Assembly (NCBI GenBank): GCA_010015585.1 | Contig: ML975152.1 | DNA length: 64,000 nt | DNA from: Eremomyces bilateralis CBS 781.70 | Taxonomy: Eukaryota | Reading direction: 5' to 3' (one strand) | Shown here: in pieces, positions 24,153-35,840 of the stretch | Layout: every line of letters starts with the position of its first letter | Numbering within the stretch: position 1 is the first letter of the stretch | The notes under the pieces: generated by a model | What the model saw: the letters and a program-made list of their open reading frames with translations, nothing else | Databases searched by the model: none | What the model was told of the DNA's origin: nothing | Position numbers and translations under genes: made by a program

Positions 24153-24350
24153 CACTGTCCAGTGGCCGAAAGGTTGGTATTGTTCGAATGCCAACGGATC
24201 CAAAAATCTAGATGTGATGGTTGGATCAACTAAGACAAGCGCAAAGGCGCTGTAGACACTGTTACGATACCGGACCGTAGAATCCCCCATCTTTCCAAGC
24301 GCCGTTGCCCTGCTGAACGTGAACTCCACGCGAATTCCTCTATTCAAATT

Positions 24351-25385
24351 TCATCCCGAGAAATCCACTCCCGACGCCCTCGCCTGCTCCTCCGCCTGCC
24401 TATTCGGGCTCCAATTCCACGGCATCCACCCCCCGGACGGCCCCTCCGATCCCGCCTCATCAATCTCAATCCGATCGAACTCCGCCTCGCTCCTGCTCTT
24501 CCGCATATAGTCGCCTCCGCCACCCCACTGCCCCGCCGCCGGTTCCCCCGCCGCCATGCTCACCGCCTCGCGATCGAACGCCTGCAACAAGACGCGTAAC
24601 CGCTCGCGCTGCGTCGACACGTAGTTGATCCGCTCGTCGCCCCGCAGTCCGTCTGGCACGAGCATCCCGCTTCGGCTTAGCTCTTCCGCCTGCGCCTCGC
24701 GCGAGGCCGGGGAGCCGGAGATGGCGGAGACCGCGGAGGTCAGCAGGCCGTATAGGTCGCCGGCCGCTCCCATCGCCGGGGCCGCGAACACGCCGTCTCG
24801 TGCGGGGAGCGCGAAGCGGGAGAGGAGTTGCTGGGTGTAGGTCGCGGAGGTCTGCCGTGATGGAGGCGGCGTCGGTGTCCGCGGCGGCATTCCCAAGACA
24901 TTGACACGCACGTATTCCACGGTTTTCTTCAGATAATCCAAGCCGGCTTTCCGCGATTTGTCGTGCGCGTTCGCAATGAACTCGTCGATGTCGCGTTCAT
25001 ATTGGCGGAGGAAGGGCTCCAGGTGTTCGGCGTAGAGGTAGGTTGCGCCTTGGGTGCCGGGGAGGATGAGGTAGGCGTAGGCGAAGAGCCGGAGCCACGA
25101 ATAGAAGGGGACGAAGTCGAGGATGAAGGCAAAGGTCGATTCCGCTTGGAGGAGGAGGGTGAGGATGAGGAAGTAGATAAGCCAAGGGGAGAGAGCTGAG
25201 GGAGGATGCTGTTGGAGCGTCTTGTAAGAGAGGAACACCGGAAGTAGTACGGTTAAGCCAGTACTGAGTCAACCATCAGTCAGTTGTTATATTCTATTCG
25301 AAGCCTATCTCGAGATCACACCGAGTCGGGATGGCTCTCCGGCGTGCGGAACTTACGTCAGGGTGTCTGCGATTATGCCGAACAT
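24351..25385 (-). CDS. TB2/DP1/HVA22 (REEP/Yop1-related) membrane protein; intron 25356-25264
   Basis: MFGIIADTLTTGLTVLLPVFLSYKTL..PWLIYF..FVPFYSWLRLF..YLILPGTQGATYLY..LEPFL..YERDID; C-terminus RKSRSEAEFDRIE..GGWMPW. Confidence 0.85.
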
Positions 25386-26119
25386 GTTGGCGGTTTGAAG
25401 ATTCCGAAGCAGTCTACCGGACCAGCGGTCATTTATAAATGTAACAGTCTAAAGGAAAAGCAGCGACGTGGTCTCTTTGTCCAGGCAGAAAGAAGATCTG
25501 TACCGTCTGGTTACAAAGATGAAGACGACGCAGCAGGTGGGACAAGCTGACAAGGTTTGGTCGGGTGGATTCTGGCGGCGCCGACCTGCCCAGCCACCAT
25601 CCGCCAACTGTGCCTCAACCGCCGCTATCGATAAGGTGCAGGCTGGAAGGCTGGGGAGCCCAGACCACACGTTATCGATAAAGCTGAGGGGTAGATCCGC
25701 GGCACAAGCTGTTGACTGTTGTGAGCCGTGGGGTGACCTGATGTTGACTTCCAGGTCCCGAATCAAACCGACAGGATCTTCACCCGCTGCCCGACACCCC
25801 CTGAGGCAATTGGTCTCAACGGGTCTAGGCATTCGTAGCACATTCGGGCGAACGACAGAATTCCACGTAATACCGACAAGGAGATAGTGCATAAGTACTC
25901 CGTTCAGACCGTTTGAGCCATGATTCGTACTTCCTCCGTCTGCTTCGTCTTGAGATAGGAAAGGGGATAAGTTCTCAAACAGCCAGGAACCTCCTTTGTA
26001 GCGAATCGATCTCTATAATCCGCTTTCGTACCATTTGTCTGGAACAAACCTTTTCCTCCTTGTTATCCGACCCCCTAAACCTGGTATCAATCAGGTATTG
26101 TAGCGTATAGCATATCATC

Positions 26120-27200
26120 ATGTGCATAGCCATTGTCTCAACTGCACATCCGGACTACGAGCTCATCGTCCTCAGCAATCGCGATGTATGCAACCCCCCT
26201 TCTTCTCTATCCTCCTGCTGCCGGTATCAGACTAACCACTCTCCAGGAATTCCTCCACCGACCCACCGCCCCAGCAACCTGGTGGGACCCCCCCAACACC
26301 CACGTCCTCGGCGGCCGCGACCTCCACCGCGCCGTCCAGGGCACCTGGCTCGGCATGACTAAGCAAGGCCGCTTCGCCGTGCTCACCAACTTCCGCGAAG
26401 AGCACACCGACGACGCGGTCGGCAAGATGAGCCGCGGGGCGATAGTGAATTCGTTCCTGACGATCCCGGCGGACAGCGGGGAGACGCCGGAGGAGTGGGC
26501 CGCGGGGCTCGTGGCGGAGCATGGGGTGAAGGGCGTGGGGGGGTTTAGCCTGATGTTTGGGTGGTTGGGGGGGAGGAGGAAGAGCGGGGAGGAGAAGGGG
26601 AGGGAAAGGAGGGGGAAAAAGGGGTTGGCGATCATTTCGAATCGGACGCCGGATGTGGATGGGCTGATTTGGTTGGCGACGACGCGGGGGGAGACGCATG
26701 GGCTGAGTAACTCGCATTACGGGGATACCAGCTGGCCAAAGGTCACGCACGGCGAGGAGATGTTGGCGTCGGTGATCCGGGAGTCGAGCAATGCGGGCGA
26801 GGCCGAGGACGCATTCACCGACCGGCTGTTTGGCATCCTTAGCACAGATACCCTGCCGCGCCGGCACTTGGGTGAGGACTGGGACGGGTACATTGAGCAG
26901 CTGAGGAACTCGGTCTTCATCCCGGTGATCGGACGGGAGGCGACGCAGGGGCGGTCGTCCAGCCAGGTGGCCTCGGGGAGTCGGGATCGGGATGAGAAGG
27001 TGGCGAAGGAGCAGGAGGAGCAGCAGAGGAAGGAGGAGGAGGTGTCGAGTGGGACGTATGGCACGGAGAAGCAGACGGTGATTTTGGTGCGGCATGATGG
27101 CTCGGTGACGTATATCGAGAGGACGTTGTATGATAGTCAAGGGAAGGCGTGCACAGGGAAAGATCGGGATTGCCGGTTCGACTTCGACATTCACGGGTAG
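26120..27200 (+). CDS. TANGO2/NRDE (DUF833) family protein; intron 26186-26246
   Basis: N-terminal MCI, NRD|E split by the intron, GGTWLG-like QGTWLG, LTNFRE, SRGAIV, GLSNS, YGTEKQTVILV. Confidence 0.9.
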
Positions 27201-27576
27201 AGGACGGAGAATCCCCAGTTGACGTACATTTGATGTGTATGGGTATGGTATTCACAAATATATATCGCTGCTCTTCGCGAGTTTGGACTTTGGAGTCTGT
27301 AAATAGTGCCTGATCGTACCCTTCCTGGAATTTACACAGGTAAACGCTAGTTCCTCCGCCGATAAGTCACATAGACCATCGGATGCATCATGATCCCCTA
27401 GCTCCGTGACGCCAGCAATAATGCAATATCAATAATGAACGGAAGTAGAAGAACGCAAGGTGGATCGCCTCGCTCCCACGAACCACCCAACTTGTAAGGA
27501 TATTACCACTCGTATATGCCAGAGTGTTTGGCCATCATAACCGGAACATTCGCTTGCAATTCGAAAGCCATTATGC

Positions 27577-29264
27577 TCATAACTCCTCCCCTTCCAGACA
27601 CGCCACCGCCACAGCCGCACCGTATATCGAACTCTCACCGGCATCCTCCAACACCACACTGTGCTCCTGACCCCCACTCATCCGCGTCATCTCATCCAGG
27701 TAGCTTTGACACGATGGCTTGAACTGAGGATACCGCTCAATGACCGCACCGTTGCATCCGATGGATACGCGGCCCACCTGGCCGGCCTCAAAGCCTTCCG
27801 AACTATTCCGCAGTGACCAGAGGGCATGGATCCCGCATGCCAGATACGCAGCGGCGCGCCGGGAGACGAGTTTGGAGATCTGACGGACGAAGCGGAGGTC
27901 CTGGAGGGCGGGGACGTGGGAATGCGGAAGCGGATGCTGTGCTTGGAGAACGGCGGCAGATTTGGAGAGGGAAAGGGTGTCGTCGCTTTCGAACGTGGCC
28001 ATGGTGCCGGTGTCGAACGCGTACGGTTGCTCGAACTTATCGGGCACGGCGCCGTTGAAGAGGCGGTGGGATTTGATCGCTTCGAGGCAGATGAGGCGGA
28101 CGATCTCGCCGAGATAGCGGCCGGAGATGAGGTATTCCATGGGTTGGAAGTCGGGCTGCGTGTGGGTCATGTTGAGGTAGTCGTCCCAGCGCGTGGTGGG
28201 CAGGATGCCTTTGCCGAACATGCTGAACTCGGCGTTGACGAGCACGTGGGTGGCTTTGTCGTGCCATGACTGTGGTCGATCGCCGAACTTGGATATGGGG
28301 AACGATGAGGTAGGAAGGATGATGGCGGCGTTGGTGCCAGTTCCTAAAATGAGAGCGATGCGGGTGGAGGGGTCGCGGTAGGCGCGCGATAGGAAGGTCG
28401 CCTGACCGTCGTTGATGATGGCATCCATTCGAACGTTAAGATTCTATAACGGGGTTAGAAATATTCGAAATCGAAGAGGATTATGGTTTTACCCTTTTTC
28501 TACAAACGATTGTTATTAGCTCCCCGAGATTTACGCCATGGATGCCATTCACGGCGTTGAATCCTTTGCCCATATCGAGGAGCATCCCGCCGCGAACGGA
28601 AGTTTGTCTGCCGCATCATTAGCCACTCCACCGATCCGCAAAACTAAAAGGGGGAATCGCCGTACTCTATTGGAAATGACCATGACAACCCCATGGGAAG
28701 AACGCCAGCGTCTACCTGGTCCCGGACCGTGGGGATTCGAAGCATGTCTTCTATTCTTTCCGCCATCCATTCGAAGAACGCCTTGCCTTGCAGCAACTTA
28801 ACCCGGTCGTCTATCCGAAATGTTTCCATATGTATTATCTTCATTCCCTCCTCGCCACGCTCGCTCCCCGTTAACGCGACCAACGCCGCCCGAAAACTCG
28901 AACCCCCCACATCCAGCGCCAAATATGTCCCCTGCTCTTGACCCGTTGGGAGCGTATGTATATACGACGGGAGCATGGAAATGTTGCTTGCCTTCATCTT
29001 CCCCCGAAATTGATCCTGCAGCTGCCCGGACATGGCCAGGAGATTTTGGAGATTCAACGGTTCCTCGAAGAGCGTCTTGCATTCCCGGAGGAGGTCGTCC
29101 ATGGTATGGTCCGGCGGACTGGGTTCGATCACATCGTGAACGAGCCGCGGAGGAGAGACCGATGGAATCACAGTCTGAACGAGGGATGGCAACATAACGA
29201 TCGCCTCGAGGGCGGAGAGGAGACCTTGCCAGATGTCAAACATGATATCGGAAATAATTGGCAT
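27577..29264 (-). CDS. Hexokinase-family protein, HxkC/Hxk3-type (probable N-acetylglucosamine kinase); introns 28665-28608 and 28492-28444
   Basis: SMLPSY..LPTGQEQGTYLALDVGGS, GLSWSFPIEQT, MGKGF, IINDG, ILGTGTNAA, VNAEFSMFG, QPMEYLISGRYLGE; hydrophobic N-terminus; adjacent to GlcNAc genes. Confidence 0.85.
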
Positions 29265-32035
29265 GTTGCGGTTCGGGACCCCAAGGGGGGATTATGGCAA
29301 TACAAAGATATTTCTTGTGCCCAAGGGGAACCGACAATTCGTGTGGCTTTTGAAGTCGTACACGGGTAAGATGTGTGAACTGTGAAGTACTGATGTAGGG
29401 AACGCAACAGGTATGACATGAAGGTAGCTTGTATGTAAAACGGAGCTAACTCGGGAGAGGGAAAGATGATAACTCGAGAAGCACTTCAAACCGGTAGGCT
29501 ACACCCGGGTTTTTGGCGGAATGAATTCATCGAAGAAATACAGCACGAGAAACGTACCGACGAACAATGAACAGCTCGAGAGTCGCGAGCGGGAGTGGAG
29601 TAATGTTGCAAATGGCCGTTATGCATGTTGCACAAGACGTGCATCGCTCATCAGGCCGGTGGAGTGGTGGACTCGAGAGCGGACAGGGACTCAGGGAGTG
29701 GTGGAAGGTGGCATCAGCCAGCAAGTAGTATTAACAACACCCTCCTCCTCTCTTCTGAGCAGAGCCGTATTAATGATCTCTGTTGCCAAAGTAGGGCGTG
29801 GGGATGGGCCCGAATAGGGGCGATGGGGGACTAGGCCGTTCCGAACCCTCGGAGCGAGATCGGGGCGATAGACAGGAACAGGTACCGCGAAGGGATAATG
29901 ATAGTGGCGGTATGTGAATAAGGACCGTGTCAACGGAATAATGAAGCGGGTGACAATGGCCTTGGGGCTTTGATGCAGAATGGGATCGTGTTTCTCCCTT
30001 CTGAGTTCTGACTGTTCTGACTTCTGAGTCTTCGAAGTTCGATTCTTCCCGGTACGCGGTTGGCGACAGGCTGACTCCAATGACCGAAGTCTAGCCAGGA
30101 TCCTAGCGCTCTCGAGTGGGGTTGACTCGTAGCGTAGCTAGCCTGCACCCGCCCTGTAGCAAAGGTGAAAATCAGGAAGTGGGTGGAAAGTGGAGACCCA
30201 GTAAGTGAAAAAGCTTCTCCGATTACGACCCCGTCCTGTCCACTCACCACTTGGCAATGGGCACCGGATCAAGTTTGTGAACGCTTGAAAGCGGAAGACG
30301 AGGGTGATCCCCGGTGCAGCAATCCACGGGAGTAACCTTCCAAGGGGGAACCCGCCGTCACGGTAGCGTTGCGCGGTGACTTTGTATGGAGGAGGGTCGA
30401 GATCGTTCGAGAGTGGTGACTGGTGGGAGGGGTGGTCGATATCGGGGATTCGAGGGTGAGGGCCGAAACTAGGCGACTGGTCATGTCCAGCGTCCGGAGG
30501 CAGAAGGAATTGATGAGCTAGCGGCACGGTTAATTCCAGTTTCATACGAATGTGAAGAAACTCGAGATGAAAGGGTTCCAGTGAGACCTCAGACTGGACA
30601 GGTGAGGCCGCCACTGAGGCGTGAACCGTGAGGTGAACATCAGACAGACGATCTCTCGCGTGGATTGTTAGTGGAAGCTACCGTTCGACGTAACCTGGAT
30701 TTGTGGAGCATAGACGCAAATGAACATGACAGGGGAGCAGCATGGGTGTTCTCTGTTGCAGGGAGACGATCCGTGATCCGTGATCCGATCATGGCAAATG
30801 ACATTTCCGATATTGAGCATTTCATCTTCAGAACTGGCCTATCACAATTCACAATCCATGAACCTGGGAAGTTTATCGACATGACATTCTCTGGAAGAGC
30901 ATGGAAGATTGCCAAGATGTCCTCTGCTGGTCTATGAGTGCATCCAACCTTTCATGGCTTTGGGGTTGTATCGGGGCTAGAGGGTGTCAATGAGGGGATC
31001 CGGTAGTACTGAGGACTTGCCCAGACACGCCGATGAACGGAACCCTAGGATGATACAGGTGAGGTACATTGATATCTCCAGATTCCAGCGTGACAGCGGA
31101 CAATGGTAGAAAGATAGTACACTGTCTGCAAAAGATATACGAAACCGAAAAGCCATGATTCCTCTTCGCCACCGCCCCAGTCTTCAATAAGATCGTCCCT
31201 AACCCTCTAGTCCTATTAAGCCATCCCAGGATCCCCTCCTAGCAACCGCGTGAGCAGCAAGGTTCCCGATCTGGCTCCCCATACTAATGAAGTCGATATC
31301 AATGATTGATGATTCGCACGTCTATGTCGATAAGACGGCAGGATCCTGCCATGCAACCTCACCATACCATCCGGACCAGCTGCGTCATGTCATACCAGGC
31401 CGTCCCCTCCCGCGTCCAGTCGTTCGCCGTTTGGGGATCTCGAGTCGAGTTCCAATATCACCACATGAAGGCGGCACGAGGGCCAGGGAATGCATAATGC
31501 GATTCTCTCGGCGCACATCAGTTGCGGTGTCTCGGTCGCGGGACGCAAGGTGCGTTACTGCATTCCCATTGCGAAGCCACCGAGATGGCCGGGCTGGGTT
31601 TCCGGAACATTGGACTGGGGTTACACCATGGGGAGGAGTGCGGCGGGGTGCTCGACATGGTCACATCGGGGGCGAGAGTGCGTTTTATATGACCTGATTC
31701 TGCCAGCGTCCACATAGGGACCCGATATGGGCAAGGTACGGGATATGTACTGGATATGGCAACTGAGTGTACGGTATCGATCGCATGTAGGAGCACCCAA
31801 AGTCCCGTGAGAAAGTGGATTACTGCATGATATTTCGCTAAGTTCAAATTGGGGTATGAGTGCTAGCAATAACTGAATTGCGTTCACAAGACTTGATCGG
31901 AGATTTGCGCGTCACCTTAAACGTCTGATGCATCTACGCATCCGCTTGAACGCTACCCCAAATTCCACGGGTCCGCTCAAAAATCAAACTCCCTCCTCAT
32001 TACTGTAAGCTAGAAAGACAAGATTATTCTTGCAG

Positions 32036-33664
32036 CTACTCCCTGGCTTCCTTCAGACTCGCCCCCGGAATCACATCCTGCACCGTCTCATCCGAGAACA
32101 TCAGGTCCTCCTCGATAGCGACGCTCTCTTTGATCTTTAGGAGGATGACAGGCACGGCGATGATGAGCGAACCGGCCAGAAGTCCCCAGCAACTGGCGAA
32201 GAGGGTCATGTACGGGGTGCCAATATCATCCAGACGCCACATGATGGCCCCACCAGCGGACTGGATTCCTTTGTAGAAACCAGCAAAGTTGGCAAGCTTG
32301 CGGCCGTTGTTGGTGATGGCTCCCATGTACCTAAATCGAATGGTTAGATCTAAGCCACTCACGATGCAAGTAGGGTTCGAATCGGGACTTACCAGTAGAC
32401 AGTGGTCTGCCATGCAGCATCGTAGAAGCCATAGAACAAGTACAGGAACATTGGGCCGATATAGCCGCTATCAGTCCAGTCGAGCTTGACATAGTCGTCG
32501 GTTGGGTCATCCTCGGTGTCGGCGCCCGTGGTGACGAGATCACGAGTATATTTTTTCTGGAAAACATAACCGCCTCCCCAGATGACCATTGTCAGCACCA
32601 TCAGCACCACCCACACGACCCTTGCGCGGGTGGTTCTTCGAATGTAGGGGCGATCGAGAGCGTATCCGAACGACATCGCGCCGAAGATCTGCATGACGTA
32701 GTAAATAACGCCGTTGAGGGCTCGAGTGCGGGTGTTGAACATTGCGAGGTTGACGCCGTTGAAGTGATAGGCGTAAAACCAGTTGCTGGCAATGAACATG
32801 GGGAAGAGGAGCACGATATAAGGATCGGTCATGAAGACCTCGCCAAGACCACGGATCTCGGTCCACCAGGTCGGGTTTTTCATAAGAATAATACGGGATC
32901 CATCGTGGCGGATAACATCTTTAGCATCCACAAGGGTCCAGGCAAGCACTGCACCAACAATAGTGAGAACGAGGAAGCCGATATAGGTGCCATCATTAAC
33001 GACGGTGTTGCTAACCGCGTTGATGTTCTGGCCCAGGGGAATCTTTGATGGAATCAGTTACAAGACTTGTCCACAAGGGTGGATTATCACTCACCAAGCT
33101 TCCAATGACCGCGCCGAGATTGAAGATCATCCAGAACCAGCCGATGTACTTGCCCTTGCTCTCTTCTGGTGGGTAGCTCATCATGATGGCCCCTTGAGCA
33201 CACCACAGCAACCCCGCACATACACCGAGCAATGCACCGGCAAAGATGTTGAAGCCCTCATTCTTGTTGTGGTTGTAGCTTAAGAAGCTTGCCACATAAA
33301 TCGAGTATCCTAGGCCACCGAAACATAGAGTCGTTCGGATGCCCAGACGATTCGTGAACGTGCCGGCGAAGAAACCGACCACGGCGAAGGTACTATACAG
33401 GGCGACATTTGCCTTGTTGGCAGCCGACGCGTCGACTTGCCCACCGCCTCCCATGCCAGTCAGGGCATTGTACATGCCAGGGCACATGAAGCATACGAAG
33501 CTCACAATGACCAGCTGGATGGGTGGAGAAGCATAGCATGGGATTGTCCAAGGCCCAACTCTGAATGTCTTGTATTTCCAGCTCTTTGGCACAGCTGGGG
33601 CCACGCCGGCTTCCTCAGCGGGCGTCGTCTGGGCCAGGGTTTCGGACTTCTCTTCGGTAGCCAT
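32036..33664 (-). CDS. UNC-93-like (DUF895) MFS transporter, NGT1-type (probable GlcNAc transporter); introns 33094-33043 and 32392-32331
   Basis: VCFMCPGMYNALTGMGGGG, AGLLWCAQGAIMMSYPPE..KG, MFIASNWFYAY, FNTRTRALN, GFYKGIQSAGGA; many TM segments. The substrate is inferred from context. Confidence 0.85.
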
Positions 33665-35840
33665 GGCGAGATAAGACTGACTTCGCAGACGGTCGAAAGT
33701 GAGTTCTTCGAGATGAACCGATTTGAAGGTTCAAGGACGAGGGTCTCTTCGGTATTTCAGAGAGAATCGGTGCAAAGGTGGTCGTGTCACGGGGTGGAGT
33801 GAAAGTAAATCAGGCGCACGAAATTTAGATGCGCACCGAAACTTTTCCTTAACACCAATTCGATGGTGAACAGGACGAGAAGGATGATGGAGCAGAATCA
33901 CATCCACCACATCCCACAGGGTCACTGAGAGATGCAATTCTTATGTACTGCAGGGAGATAGATATTAGAATTGAAGAAAGCTAGGCCAAGGAAGAAGAAA
34001 AGGATCATGATCAGCAGAGCGGACGCCCCCAGATATATTTACACTGGAGAAGCTGGAGTCGAGGCAATCGCATGTGGATTGTGGAGGCAGTCGGGCTCTC
34101 TCTCTGGCAAGGTTGCACACGACCCCAGCCTAAGTTTTAAGCTTGGACCCTTTAATCGAAGCCCTTAACTTACTATGCTAGGTCTAAAGCTGTAGCAGGT
34201 TAGACACCCCGTTGCGGGAAGCCACTGGGTTCGCTCACTTGCAGGACAATCGGGCTGCAGGTGGGAACCGGGGACGCCGCCCCAGCCCGTTGCGGGGCAT
34301 TTGGGCACCTGCAGTGAAGAGAACCCCCGGCCGATGTGAGACGTGTCTTGCCATTGGCCCAATGCTCGCCATTACAAACATTTTGCTGATATCGTTAACC
34401 ACGGTAATTATGCCACATACCATGCGAATAGTATCAAAAAGACTCACAATAATCCTGCGTAGAAGATGTATCTCGATTTCGGCTTGAAGCATGTCCTCGG
34501 CCCGCAGCAAGGCACGGAGGCGGGAGGACTAATGGGACTCCTCTATCAATGTTGGAGACCCTACCTTGGCATTAAAGGATAACTGCCAGGGGCCACTGCA
34601 ACACCTCTATCGTCGCTACCTTGCCATTAGATACCGTACGGGCGGGCAGTGGGCACATGGAGAAGTCTACTACATATCTTAGCCTTAGCTTAATGCACGA
34701 ATATCACAAGTTTAATCATTATTCCATCGCGGCAGATCTCCAGTGTGACTCTCAATATTAGTGAACAATCCACGAGTGATATGGAAGTCTTCATGTGGAA
34801 GATCAAAGATGTTGCATCTAAGCATCCCTTGTCCTTGTTGTGGCGTTTCCTGGCGTTTCTACCCGCTATCCCGGATCACCATCCTCCCCTCCCATGTTCA
34901 ACTTTCGGAGGTTTCTGCTACAGCTCGATGTAACGTCGCTCGACCATCCAATCAACCATCGGCGGCTCCCGTTGGAGTTTGGACTCTGGAGTTTCTGTGG
35001 AGTGTCAAACAATGTACAATTAGGTTACTCCTTGCAGTTTACATGTTGTATCAGATTGACCTCGACCACAATATCGAAGTCGTCTGACATGTCTACCAGC
35101 ATTATCATCATCATCCCCGCGATATGAACAGTATCATTCGAAAACCCGTGTTGCAGTTGATAAGAGGCAATGGCTAGGGCATCTCACTGTGGCGCATCAT
35201 CGCTTGCCGGCTGTAATGTCTCCCCACTCATCTCCCCTAGGTTGAAGTCATCTCGATGGAAAGGTAGCACTGCAGACATCATTCTCAAGTCCATGTCTTG
35301 GATGGTACTGCTCCATATTACGATAATGAGGAGTGCCCCTCATATGGTAGTCTTTCTGTTACCTTCTTACGTACTAGTGTTTTGGCAGCAGTTCGTCCAT
35401 CGCAACAGATCACGATGTTGCACAGCGGGGCAAAAGCCATCCAGTCGCGATCTGATACGTCTTTGATGTTGTACTGGTTCACCTGACATACCCCTGGACA
35501 TTGATTCAATCTTGTTTCCATTGGCATCCGATTCGATGCTCATCTTCTTCTCCATCTTGATGTCAGTAGGTAGTGGAGGACGCATCGTCACGACCAAATC
35601 CATTACTGGATATCATAAGCTATGTCATCATATTTGTGGCGACAAGGTGATGAAAGTCTTAAGATCTATCTGCTTTCCAATGTTCTCATAATCTGTTCCA
35701 TAAACTCTAGTAATCTAGTTATTCTCTAATCAGTCCTTGGATTAAGCTATCATCGTTGTCTCTTTTATTTAGCACTCATAAGTCATCGTGTTTGGATTAC
35801 TCACAGCCCCTTACTGTCCAGTCTTGCATCGACCAGCAGC

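Noticed and set aside
26232..27194. 320-aa minus ORF antisense to TANGO2, and similar antisense ORFs over the hydrolase, SET and RhoGAP genes
   Set aside because: Low-complexity shadow frames of GC-rich coding sequence.
29300..32000. Short ORFs in the hexokinase-transporter spacer as possible dac1/ron1 remnants
   Set aside because: No deacetylase motifs (HLEGP, THLFNAM) or Ndt80-like segments visible in the listed translations.
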